From contig JAOMEV010000002.1 in NCBI GenBank assembly GCA_028346125.1, positions 23,291-87,290 on the forward strand: DNA of 64,000 nt, in the 5' to 3' direction. Position 1 is the stretch's first letter. Each line of letters starts with the position of its first letter. Source of the stretch: Bacteriovoracales bacterium (GTDB taxonomy: Bacteria; Bdellovibrionota; Bacteriovoracia; Bacteriovoracales; Bacteriovoracaceae). Under the pieces are notes generated by a model. The model was given only the letters and a program-made list of their open reading frames with translations, had not been told where the DNA came from and did no database searches. Of this stretch, positions 9,231 to 18,209 are shown piece after piece. A program made the position numbers and the translations under genes.

Positions 9231-11738
9231 ATGGTAAGACTCGTTTTACTTATTTTTATTGTTTGCGGTCAAACCTTTGCAGAGGTGCGCCCTGAAATTA
9301 AAAAAGGCGTTCTAGACCTTTCAAATTGGGACTTTAAAAAGGGAAGTGTTGAGCTTAAAGGAGAATGGCTGTTCTTCTGGAAAAAGTTTATAAAAAACTC
9401 TTCTGATATCGTTGGCCCTAGTCACTTTTTGAAAACAAATACCTCTTGGACCACTTTAAGTAAGGATTATACACGAACGGGGTATGGCAGTTTTGTCGTT
9501 AAGGTAGTGGGTGTTAAAGGAAGAAAAATTGCTTTTAAGTCCGGGTATGTGCAATCAGCTTTTGAAATGCTTAAAGTCACTGGAAAGGGGACAGGGCTTA
9601 TACAAAAAGGTGGGTCCCTAGGAAAAAATGCTGATGAAGAGATCCCTCAATTCAAATCTTTTGTGACTGATAGTTTTAAAGGGGATGAGTTTTTTCTGGT
9701 TTTAAATATTTCAAACTTTAATTTTAGAGAAGGGGCCATTGGTAACTTTAAAATTGGCGCTTATTCAGTTGTTATGAGGGAGTTTGAGGTTGAAAGATAT
9801 TCAATCTTATTTGTACTAGGAGTACTCTTTATTTTTGGGTGTTATCATCTTGGTTTATATTTAAATAGGAGAGAAGACAAAGCTTCTTTATTTTTTAGTT
9901 TTTTTTGCTTTAACCTTTTCTTAAGACAGTTAGGAACTGGGGAAATTAATTCCTGGCTTTTTGAAGCACCAAACTGGTTTATTTTCGACATTTTTTTGAG
10001 GTATGAATATTTTTCAATTTTTTTTGCCCCATATTTTTTTGCAGGCTTCCTCAATCATCTTTTTGATAAAAAATTAGAACGTTTTCAAAAAATAACTTTC
10101 ATTTTTTCTGTTTCTCAACTGCCCTTAATATTCCTTCCAACGAGTATTTTTACATATAAAAATATCCTTTTGATTCCTCAAATGTATATTTCAATCTGGA
10201 TGGTTTTTTTAATTTATTATTTAACTTCCTTATTTTTAAAAAGGGTCCTTTTTGCAAGGTTAGTTTTTCTAGGGTCATTTATTCTTATATTAGGTGCTTG
10301 TTATGATTTGGCCATTGCTTTTTTCCCAGAGTTTTCTAGTTTTGAAATAATACCTTTTGCCCTTTTAATTTATATTTTTGTGCAAAGTTATGTTCTTTCT
10401 GTAAAGTTCTCGGATGCCTTTAAAAGAGAGAGAAAAGTCAGTTATGATCTTGAAATGCAAACATTTCAACTTGAAGAGGAAATGAGAATTTCTAAAATTT
10501 TATCCGAGCAACTAAAGGTCGTAAATGAATCTTTAGAAAACAAAATTTTGGAAAGTACCAGCGAACTTTATAGGTCGGCTGCAAAAACACAGGGGATGCT
10601 TGCCAATATTAATAAGTCTATTTTTTCTTTGGATAAAGAGGGCACTGTTTTGGCGCCAGTTTCTAATTTTTCAAAAGAAATATTTAGGAAAAATATTGTG
10701 GGGTTAAATGGGCTTTCTTTATTATTTTTTCATTTTAAAAAGGGAAGCAAACAAAAGAATGACCTTGTAAATTCTTTCAAAGGAGTTTTTGGTGGGTCTG
10801 AAGATAATTATTTAAGTTTAAAGGGTGGATTTCCAGAAAAAGTAACGATACCAGATAGGGAGAATGAAAGGGGGCGTGTTTTAGAAATTAATTATGTTCC
10901 TCTTTATGATGATCACTCCAAAGTCGAAAACCTTATGTTGCTAGTGGATGATATTACAGAGGTTGAACAGGAGTTACAGGAAAGTAGGGAAGATCAATTA
11001 AAGTATGCCATCTTGATGGAGCTCCTTCCTGTAAAAAAAGATGAAAAGTTTTGTGAAATTATTAGTGTTTCGATCAAACATGCTATTTTTGTTTTAGAAA
11101 GGTGGGTCGGCCCAGAGTCTTCTTATTGGTCTGTGGAGGATTATCAGAGAAACATTTACGAAATTCAGGCCCCATTGAATCAGGATCAATTTAAAAAGAT
11201 GAAAAACTTTTGGAAAGCAATTTTGTTTGTTAAACGAGAGATGGAAGCCCCTAAAATTTCCGAAACTCTTGAGATTCGTGTTGTTGAAGTCGTTTCTTAT
11301 ATTATAGAAACCCTCATGAAGTATGCAGAAGCTATTAATATTTTTCACAAGTATAATTTAGGCCCTGAGGTTAGATATCAATTGCCTCAAGGTTTTGAAC
11401 AGTCTCTTGTGGAGAAAATAGATGACTTCGAGGGAGTGATGGCGAACCTGATGGGTTATGTTTTTTTAGTAAGAAGAATAAGTGATCTTGATGAAGAAAA
11501 AATGGCCAATGCTCCTATGAAGGCAAGATTGTATAGTGAGTTTGATTCCACAATTAATCTTCTTATGACTCGTGCGAAGCTCATTTCTTATTTATTGAAA
11601 GTTTTTGGTAAGATGCAGCTCTCAGAACAATACAATAATTTTTCGATTTTACTCAAGCAAATGCCTTCTAAAGAAAAGTTGACTCAGGATGCTCTAGTTA
11701 ATCATTTAATAGGGCCTTATAAAAACCTCGTAGGTTAA
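9231..11738 (+). CDS. 7TMR-DISM-type receptor, paralog of 5061..7589, with the same PAS-like + helical C-terminal module
   Basis: GVLDLSNWDFKKGSVELKGEWLFFWKKFI, 7 TM region, KSIFSLDKEGTVLAPVSNFSKEIF, NLMGYVFLVRRISDLDEEKM...LIGPYKNL. Collinear with 5061..7589 and with the C-terminal two thirds of 19489..21453. Confidence 0.7.
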   Translation: MVRLVLLIFIVCGQTFAEVRPEIKKGVLDLSNWDFKKGSVELKGEWLFFWKKFIKNSSDIVGPSHFLKTNTSWTTLSKDYTRTGYGSFVVKVVGVKGRKIAFKSGYVQSAFEMLKVTGKGTGLIQKGGSLGKNADEEIPQFKSFVTDSFKGDEFFLVLNISNFNFREGAIGNFKIGAYSVVMREFEVERYSILFVLGVLFIFGCYHLGLYLNRREDKASLFFSFFCFNLFLRQLGTGEINSWLFEAPNWFIFDIFLRYEYFSIFFAPYFFAGFLNHLFDKKLERFQKITFIFSVSQLPLIFLPTSIFTYKNILLIPQMYISIWMVFLIYYLTSLFLKRVLFARLVFLGSFILILGACYDLAIAFFPEFSSFEIIPFALLIYIFVQSYVLSVKFSDAFKRERKVSYDLEMQTFQLEEEMRISKILSEQLKVVNESLENKILESTSELYRSAAKTQGMLANINKSIFSLDKEGTVLAPVSNFSKEIFRKNIVGLNGLSLLFFHFKKGSKQKNDLVNSFKGVFGGSEDNYLSLKGGFPEKVTIPDRENERGRVLEINYVPLYDDHSKVENLMLLVDDITEVEQELQESREDQLKYAILMELLPVKKDEKFCEIISVSIKHAIFVLERWVGPESSYWSVEDYQRNIYEIQAPLNQDQFKKMKNFWKAILFVKREMEAPKISETLEIRVVEVVSYIIETLMKYAEAINIFHKYNLGPEVRYQLPQGFEQSLVEKIDDFEGVMANLMGYVFLVRRISDLDEEKMANAPMKARLYSEFDSTINLLMTRAKLISYLLKVFGKMQLSEQYNNFSILLKQMPSKEKLTQDALVNHLIGPYKNLVG

Positions 11739-11825
11739 GAATTATTCTTGGCAAACCAAAATAAACTCGTCTATCATTGAATGTCTTTTAAACGATGTTG
11801 ATCGAGCACCCTGTGAGGAGGCACC

Positions 11826-12176
11826 ATGAAAAAATTGACTGTCCTAATTTTGAGCGCATTTGTCCTATGTTCCAACGCATTTTCTAATGAATATTATTGT
11901 ACAACGAGTAAAAATCAAGGTGAGAGTGAAACAATAAAGGGACGAACGAATAGAAGTGGGGCTTCCTATCTTGATAAAAAAGTTATTTTTGATGATAAAA
12001 CTGAATATCACTTCAGAGCGGAACTCCAGCATCAACAGATGCATTATTTGGCCGTCACACATTTAGAAACAGGAATTAAGGCAGTTTCCCACGGTGGAGA
12101 CAATATTGGATTAATGCTTCCTGGTGGTGATCAAATTAATATTACCTGCTTTATTTTCCCCAGGGCGATAGACTAA
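11826..12176 (+). CDS. small secreted protein, unknown function
   Basis: Signal peptide MKKLTVLILSAFVLCSNAFS. GAGGAGG upstream of the ATG. No recognisable family. Confidence 0.5.
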   Translation: MKKLTVLILSAFVLCSNAFSNEYYCTTSKNQGESETIKGRTNRSGASYLDKKVIFDDKTEYHFRAELQHQQMHYLAVTHLETGIKAVSHGGDNIGLMLPGGDQINITCFIFPRAID

Positions 12177-12222
12177 ATTCCATTCAAAAAGGAAAATTTT
12201 TCCTTGAATTTTATAACCTTCT

Positions 12223-12254
12223 TTAGGGTAAAGGGTCCTGACCTTTTACCCTAA
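12223..12254 (+). terminator. strong stem-loop downstream of 11826..12176
   Basis: TTAGGGTAAAGGGT / ACCTTTTACCCTAA pair as about 14 bp including one G-U, with loop CCTG. There is no clean T-tract after it (TCGTGCTTGTTCT). Confidence 0.45.
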
Positions 12255-12325
12255 TCGTGCTTGTTCTAGACCCATAAACTGATAAAATAAACTCATTCAA
12301 ATCAAAAAAATGAGGATCCAAAAAC

Positions 12326-12661
12326 ATGGAATCTTTGGAAAATAGAGTCCTATTAGATAGGCCGTGTACAGTATTTTGGGAAAGCCCTGATGAGCTTATT
12401 GATTGTACAATTTCAAAAATTTCAGGAAAAATGGCGACTCTTCATTTTGAAAATTCCAATATTCCGAAAGGGCTTTTTCATATCAATATATCTTTCGAGT
12501 CTTTTAATTTTACCTTGAGGGCGGAAATTTTAAAGTCTGAACTCGATGAAGGTTGGAGTGGGCCTCAAGTTGCTCGTTTTGTTTATAAGAGTTGGTGGGA
12601 AAAGAAAAAGGTCAATGCTTTTATAAAACTGGTCAAAAAGAAGATTCCTCAGACAATGTAA
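12326..12661 (+). CDS. hypothetical protein, possibly a degenerate PilZ-like beta-barrel
   Basis: The size and the pattern NRVLLDRP...CTISKISGKMATL loosely resemble the PilZ RxxxR / DxSxxG layout, but neither motif is intact. Confidence 0.4.
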   Translation: MESLENRVLLDRPCTVFWESPDELIDCTISKISGKMATLHFENSNIPKGLFHINISFESFNFTLRAEILKSELDEGWSGPQVARFVYKSWWEKKKVNAFIKLVKKKIPQTM

Positions 12662-13377
12662 GTATCATACTTAACTCTGGTTCCTTTATAGCTTATTGTC
12701 GGAGAGGAGTCGGCCCAAAGAGGTCTTTTAACGACAACCCTTTTTTTTGCTGTTTTTAGGGCCCATTTAAGGAGTTCTTCCTGGTCTTCATCTTTTCCTA
12801 TGAGGTGGGAAAACATCACCATTTCTTTTTTGGGAAGGGCCTTCTTTTTTTTGGGGGGAAACATGGGGTCTAAGAAAATAACATCTGGCCTTTCATGACA
12901 GTTGCGAGCGTCTTCAAAACGGATATCAAGCTCTAGCTCTGGCGCTCTTCGTTGAGCGTCCCATAAAAGGGGGGCCAGGAGAGGAGACCTTTCGTAGGAG
13001 ATAACTTTTAGACCGAGTTTTAAAAAAGAGAGAGTGTCTTTTCCCGTGCCGCAGGTAGCATCAAGAACAAGGTCTCTTTGATTGCCAAGCGCTTTTATAA
13101 GAGGGTCTTTTTTAGAAAAAGGTCTTAAGGAGTCCCATTCTTTACGAAAGTCAAAAGAGAGGGGCTTCATGTTTTTTGCGCTTGTAAAATTTAAATCTGG
13201 GTTAGAATGAAGGGAGAGGATATTTTCTGTAAAAGAGTAGTAAGGATATTTAATTTCAGATGCGAGCTCGAGAGAGAATGTTTCAAGCAGCGTTTCTAAA
13301 AGAGTGGGAGAAAGTTCCTCTGAGGGCATTAAAGGGTAGATAAAGGATTGATATTCGTGGTAATTATCTAAATGCAT
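12649..13377 (-). CDS. rsmJ: 16S rRNA (guanine1516-N2)-methyltransferase RsmJ (YhiQ family)
   Basis: LVLDATCGTGKDTL (SAM motif I). DVIFLDPMFPPKKKKALPKKEMVMFSHLIG and KRVVVKRP match E. coli RsmJ [29 protein letters not shown] / KRVVVKRP. Confidence 0.85.
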   Translation of the reverse strand: MHLDNYHEYQSFIYPLMPSEELSPTLLETLLETFSLELASEIKYPYYSFTENILSLHSNPDLNFTSAKNMKPLSFDFRKEWDSLRPFSKKDPLIKALGNQRDLVLDATCGTGKDTLSFLKLGLKVISYERSPLLAPLLWDAQRRAPELELDIRFEDARNCHERPDVIFLDPMFPPKKKKALPKKEMVMFSHLIGKDEDQEELLKWALKTAKKRVVVKRPLWADSSPTISYKGTRVKYDTYIV

Positions 13378-13402
13378 TTAAAACCCTTAAAAGGAAGATC
13401 AA

Positions 13403-16390
13403 ATGACTTCACGATTTGATAAACTCCCCTATGATCCCAGTAAGTTAAATAGAGAGCTTAGGCCCTATTTTATTTCCGCAGATGATGAGGAAATAAAGGA
13501 GATGCTTAAGGAAATAGGCCTTGAAAAATTGGAGGACCTTTTCTCTCATATTCCTGAGGACATCCAATTTAAGAGCGATCACGCAGTCTGTCAAGAACTG
13601 ACTTATGAAGAGTGCCTAAACCATGTAGAACATGTCGCACAAAAAAATAAGGTTAAAACCTCATTTTTAGGTAATGGACTCAAAAATTATAAGGTTATGG
13701 ACCTTATCCCTTATGTTTGCAGTATACGTGGCCTCACCACGGCCTATACACCCTATCAGCCAGAAAGAAGCCAGGGAACTCTACAAACCTTATGGACGTA
13801 CTCCTCTTGTTTGGCCCAGCTCACGGGTTTTGAGGCGATCAATGCTTCACTTTATGAAAGGTCCACCTGTTTGGCGGAATCTTTAAATGTTTGTGTCCGC
13901 CTTCATAAAAAAGGAGACACTGTTTTAGTTTCAAAGGCCATTTACGAAGGTGATAGAGAGGTTGTTGAAACCCTCATCAAAGAAACCGACGTAAATGTTG
14001 AGTGGGTAGGTGTTGATGAAACAGGTCTTACGAACATAGAAAAACTCAATGAGCTTGCTTTATCTCTTTCCAAGGAAAACAGATTGGCAGGGATCGTGTT
14101 TCCTCAGATCAATAACCTTGGACTTTTAGAAGATGTTGATGCTCTTGCTGATTTAGCGACTTCTTTAAAGGTACCTTCCGTTGCGATGATTGATCCTATG
14201 ACTCTTGCTCAAGGTGGATTAAAACCCCCTTCAGAGTTTGGTGCCGAAGGTGCTGAAATCATCGTTGGAGAAGGACAGCATTTGGCGATAGGGCCTAATT
14301 TTGGAGGGCCTGGATTGGGAATTTTTGGCATTCGTTTTAATAAGGCCAAGAAAATAGGAATTCGCTCAACCCCAGGACGTTATGTGGGGAAGACCAAAGA
14401 TATTAAAGGCAAGGAATGTCTCGCCATGGTCCTCTCAACAAGAGAGCAGCATATAAGAAGAGAAAAGGCGACCTCCAATATTTGTTCTAACCAATCCTTT
14501 TTAGCGACCCTTGCAGGGGCCGGTGTTTTGGCCAGGGGAGAAAAGGGGATGAAGGCCTCCTGTCAAAAGTCACAGGAGAACGCCCAAAAAATGGCCAGGG
14601 CCCTTACTCAAAGAGAAGGTGTGAGTTTGGCCTTTCCTGAAACACCTTTTTTCAACGAATTCGTTTTACAGCTTAATACTCCTGTCGCCCCTTTGATTGA
14701 AAAAGCAGTAGAGAAAGGCCTTCATCTAGGAGTTGGCCTATCAAAGGATCGGCTTCTCATTTCTTTTTTTGATATCCACGAAAAAGAAGACCTCGAAAAA
14801 TTAGAGTCCTTTTTTAAGGAGCACTTTCCAGGTGAGAAAGAAGAAAGCATGATCCCTGCGATCCCAAGCACTTTATTAAGAAAAGGCGAAGTGGGTCTAC
14901 CAAATTTTTCTGAAAATGAACTCAAAGAGTTTTACACGGCCTTGGGACGCCAAAATGTAAGTCCTGATGACAGCATTTATCCTCTGGGTTCTTGTACCAT
15001 GAAGTACAATCCCTATATTAATGATTACGCGGCTTCTTTACCTGGTTTCACAGATATCCACCCCGAGGCTCCTCTTTCAGAAGCTCAAGGGTGTCTTCAG
15101 GTTCTTTATGAAACTCAGGAAATATTTAAAAAGGTCACAGGACTTCCCGGTGTGACCACCCAACCTGTCGCTGGTGCTCAGGGTGAACTGGTGGGCATAA
15201 AAATGTTTCAGGCCTATCACGCCTCCAAGGGAGAGTCAGACCAGAGAAAAGTCATTCTTATCCCAACAAGTGCTCATGGGACAAACCCTGCCACTGCTAC
15301 GATGGCCGGCTTTGATACAAAAGTGGTTGACGGTATCCAATACGGAATTGTCCCTATTTTGTCTGATGAGGCCGGGCAAATAAAAATTGATCAAGTTGAT
15401 GAAATGATCGAAAAGCATGGTAACCGCATTGCTGGTATCATGGTCACAAACCCCAATACCGCAGGGATTTTTGAAACTCGTTTTAAAGAAATGGCCGATA
15501 AAATTCATGCTGTTGGTGGCCTGGTTTATATGGACGGCGCCAATATGAATGCTATTGCCGGATGGGTTGACCTCAATGCCATGGGTGTCGATGCGGTTCA
15601 CAATAATCTTCATAAAACATGGACCATCCCCCACGGAGGTGGTGGACCTGGTGATGCTATTGTCGCCGTTAGTGAATGTCTTGTGGATTTTCTTCCTGGT
15701 ATCCAGGTAGAAAAAAATGGGGATGTCTACTCTGTGGTAAAACCTAAAAACTCGATTGGAAGTTTTCATCGTCATTATGGAAATTTTGCTCATAAGGTCA
15801 GGGCCTATACTTATATGAGGCTTTTAGGGACTGAAGGGATTAAAAAAATGGCCGCGGTTTCTGTTCTTTCGGCCAAATACCTCTTTAAAAAACTCATTGA
15901 GACTTATCCAACTCTTCCTGGAGGCTGTGAAAAAGTTCCGAGAATGCATGAATTTATCCTCACTTTAACAGAAGAGGACTTTGATAGAATTGCCAAGGCG
16001 GGTGTTCCTAAGGCCCAAGCGATTGCTAAGGTTGGAAAACTCTTTTTGGATTTTGGCCTTCATGCACCGACAGTCGCTTTTCCTGAAGCCTTTGGATTAA
16101 TGGTTGAGCCTACAGAGAGTTTTAGTAAAAGAGAGCTTGATCGTTTTGTGGATGTTGTGAAAAGCATTTATAAAATTATCCAGGAAACCCCCGAAGTGTT
16201 AACCACCACACCTCACTTTACCCCTGTGAGAAAAATTGATGAGGTTGGTGCCAATAAAAACCTTATCTTGAGTGAAAAAATAGAAAAATTACCCGAAGTG
16301 AGTCCTAATGTCGTTGAGCCTGAGGACCTTTCCAATATGGAGACAGGTCTCATCGCCGTGAAGATTGTGGAGTTTCATAAAAAGGGTTAG
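13403..16390 (+). CDS. gcvP: glycine dehydrogenase (decarboxylating), single polypeptide resembling fused GcvPA + GcvPB subunits
   Basis: The N-terminal half is GcvPA-like (EEIKEMLKEIGLEKLEDLFSHIPEDIQF, TAYTPYQPERSQGTLQ). The C-terminal half is GcvPB-like (YPLGSCTMKYNP, SAHGTNPATA, NLHKTWTIPHGGGGPG with the PLP lysine). Confidence 0.9.
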   Translation: MTSRFDKLPYDPSKLNRELRPYFISADDEEIKEMLKEIGLEKLEDLFSHIPEDIQFKSDHAVCQELTYEECLNHVEHVAQKNKVKTSFLGNGLKNYKVMDLIPYVCSIRGLTTAYTPYQPERSQGTLQTLWTYSSCLAQLTGFEAINASLYERSTCLAESLNVCVRLHKKGDTVLVSKAIYEGDREVVETLIKETDVNVEWVGVDETGLTNIEKLNELALSLSKENRLAGIVFPQINNLGLLEDVDALADLATSLKVPSVAMIDPMTLAQGGLKPPSEFGAEGAEIIVGEGQHLAIGPNFGGPGLGIFGIRFNKAKKIGIRSTPGRYVGKTKDIKGKECLAMVLSTREQHIRREKATSNICSNQSFLATLAGAGVLARGEKGMKASCQKSQENAQKMARALTQREGVSLAFPETPFFNEFVLQLNTPVAPLIEKAVEKGLHLGVGLSKDRLLISFFDIHEKEDLEKLESFFKEHFPGEKEESMIPAIPSTLLRKGEVGLPNFSENELKEFYTALGRQNVSPDDSIYPLGSCTMKYNPYINDYAASLPGFTDIHPEAPLSEAQGCLQVLYETQEIFKKVTGLPGVTTQPVAGAQGELVGIKMFQAYHASKGESDQRKVILIPTSAHGTNPATATMAGFDTKVVDGIQYGIVPILSDEAGQIKIDQVDEMIEKHGNRIAGIMVTNPNTAGIFETRFKEMADKIHAVGGLVYMDGANMNAIAGWVDLNAMGVDAVHNNLHKTWTIPHGGGGPGDAIVAVSECLVDFLPGIQVEKNGDVYSVVKPKNSIGSFHRHYGNFAHKVRAYTYMRLLGTEGIKKMAAVSVLSAKYLFKKLIETYPTLPGGCEKVPRMHEFILTLTEEDFDRIAKAGVPKAQAIAKVGKLFLDFGLHAPTVAFPEAFGLMVEPTESFSKRELDRFVDVVKSIYKIIQETPEVLTTTPHFTPVRKIDEVGANKNLILSEKIEKLPEVSPNVVEPEDLSNMETGLIAVKIVEFHKKG

Positions 16391-17079
16391 TGAAGGAGTT
16401 CGAAGGCCGTGTGAAGTTTATCTCGCTCGAGAGAGAAGCGGCCTTGAAAACTCATGCCCTCCTTGAACTCTTCGTTGAGTGATTTTAAGAGAGAAAAATC
16501 AAAAGTTCTTTTTTCAAAGTCTACCTGATCAATATTGACGTCGTGGAACTCTATATATTTATTAACGAGTGGGTGAAGGCATTTAAAAATGCTTTCTTTT
16601 GCTGAATAAATAAGGGTGAAATACTCAAAGGGATCAAAGGAAAAGCTGTCTTTTTTTTCTTTATCAGTCGCCACAAGTCCCTCGATCATATTGGCACTTT
16701 GAGGACCTAGGATTTTTTCAGTGTCGATGCCTATACCACGAAGGTTTTTTTTGTCAGCAACGACGGCCCCAACGAAATTTTCATTGTGAGTAATCGATCC
16801 GATAATCCCTTCCGGCCAAATAGGCGCGCCCTCTTCTCCTTTTTGAATGGGGAGAGCTTCATCGCTACCATGCATCATTTCGAGCGCTTGGTGAGCACAG
16901 TACCGACCTCCCAAAAAGTGTGCCTTTCTTTTAGGAACCTCCTCTTCCATGTCAGCAGGCAAAGAAATGCCTCTCGTGGAAAAAAAGAGATTATCGTATT
17001 CTTGCCACTCGAACTCTATACAGTAGTGATAAGTCGTATTTTCTAGAATGGGGGGGGTGCTTATGGGAACTAGTATCAT
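16387..17079 (-). CDS. 4'-phosphopantetheinyl transferase, EntD/Sfp type
   Basis: WPEGIIGSITHNENFVGAVV, GIGIDTEKI, IYSAKESIFKCL are the EntD-family signature blocks. Confidence 0.8.
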   Translation of the reverse strand: MILVPISTPPILENTTYHYCIEFEWQEYDNLFFSTRGISLPADMEEEVPKRKAHFLGGRYCAHQALEMMHGSDEALPIQKGEEGAPIWPEGIIGSITHNENFVGAVVADKKNLRGIGIDTEKILGPQSANMIEGLVATDKEKKDSFSFDPFEYFTLIYSAKESIFKCLHPLVNKYIEFHDVNIDQVDFEKRTFDFSLLKSLNEEFKEGMSFQGRFSLERDKLHTAFELLH

Positions 17080-17164
17080 GAAAAAAGGGTCCTTCCTAAA
17101 TTGATAACTTTATCATGATAAATTTTTTGTTTAAGATTATCAAAAAAAGATTAGGGGAGAAGTC

Positions 17165-17503
17165 ATGGCGAGTGTCACCAAATATTATCAAGTTCGGGGA
17201 AAAGTTCAAAATGTTATGTTTCGACAAACTTTCATTCGTGGTGCTCAAAAAAGAGATCTTGCCGCAGGCGCGACAAATGATAGTATGTTTTCAGACCGTG
17301 TCTTTTTTATCCTCCATGGAGAGGAGTCTGAAATTAATAAATACGTAGAGAGGTTGAAAAAGGTAAAGGTTCTTAACTCTTGGGGGGCAACCGTAGAAGA
17401 ATTAACTGAAGTGGGGCCAGGAGGAGATCTTAACTCTTTCCAGGTGACGACAGAAAATGTCGACAAGTTTAATTGGAATCCTGATGTTGAAATGTATATT
17501 TAG
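17165..17503 (+). CDS. acylphosphatase-like protein
   Basis: YQVRGKVQNVMFRQ matches the acylphosphatase VxGxVQGVxFR signature with one substitution. Size 112 aa. Confidence 0.55.
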   Translation: MASVTKYYQVRGKVQNVMFRQTFIRGAQKRDLAAGATNDSMFSDRVFFILHGEESEINKYVERLKKVKVLNSWGATVEELTEVGPGGDLNSFQVTTENVDKFNWNPDVEMYI

Positions 17504-18209
17504 CTTTTTTCTCATTGTGGATGCTTTTGGCTATGACATTTTTGATCAGGCCAAAATTGAACAATGCGAAAAGGTAAAGAGAGCGGCCTTTACTCATGAG
17601 ATTACCGACTATTCTAAGATTGAAGAAATTTGGGGATGGGGGTTAACTCCTGGGAATTACCTCAAAAATCACACTTATATTTTTTTTAAAAATTCAAAGC
17701 ATATTGGGAAGAGGGCCATTGCTCATAAAGCGGCCTCTATTTATGCTCCAGGGGACTCTTATCTGATTCTTTATAGTAAGTTTAGACTGGAAGGTTCAAA
17801 GGATATTCACTGGCGTCTTATCTTTCAGGTTGGTTGTGAAATAGTTTACAGGTTTGATCATCTGGAAACCTTGTCTCAAAGAATAAAGGCCCATTTAGGT
17901 GAAAAAAAAGTCGATGAAGATCAGGTGAGGGCACGAAATATCTCAGTCTCCCCACTAAAAATTAAGGCAGGAGAGTTGATTGGGTTTACAAAGTCCACCT
18001 TGGATTTTGGTGTTCTTGACTTGCGGAGAAATAATATTTTACCGAAGCGCTTAAAACGGTTTGAAAACAGACCCACAGGGCAGCAATTTAAGTATGCTGC
18101 TTGTCCATATGATTATTTTAATGAGAAAATAAAAGCGAAGTATTTGAAAAAGATTAAGAAGGGTTTTTGCCTTAAGGGAGAAAAAAATGCTGGCAATTTT
18201 AGTCGTTGA
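17484..18209 (+). CDS. secreted hypothetical protein
   Basis: Start moved to ATG 17484, giving signal-like MLKCIFSFFLIVDAFG. No family recognised. Its 3' end overlaps the next gene by 23 nt. Confidence 0.5.
   Translation: MLKCIFSFFLIVDAFGYDIFDQAKIEQCEKVKRAAFTHEITDYSKIEEIWGWGLTPGNYLKNHTYIFFKNSKHIGKRAIAHKAASIYAPGDSYLILYSKFRLEGSKDIHWRLIFQVGCEIVYRFDHLETLSQRIKAHLGEKKVDEDQVRARNISVSPLKIKAGELIGFTKSTLDFGVLDLRRNNILPKRLKRFENRPTGQQFKYAACPYDYFNEKIKAKYLKKIKKGFCLKGEKNAGNFSR

Noticed and set aside
12326-12661. Calling this 111-aa protein, and the C-terminal domain of 37195..38049, bona fide c-di-GMP-binding PilZ domains.
   Set aside because: Neither has an intact RxxxR or (D/N)xSxxG motif. Only the protein at 38962..39654 does, so the others are left as PilZ-like at best.
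15236-15793. 185-aa ORF antisense to gcvP. Similar long antisense ORFs occur at 20086..20577, 37567..37968, 2946..3287, 25749..26102 and 51577..51900.
   Set aside because: All lie fully inside strongly supported genes on the opposite strand. They have odd composition and no recognisable motifs or ribosome-binding sites. I treat them as shadow ORFs.
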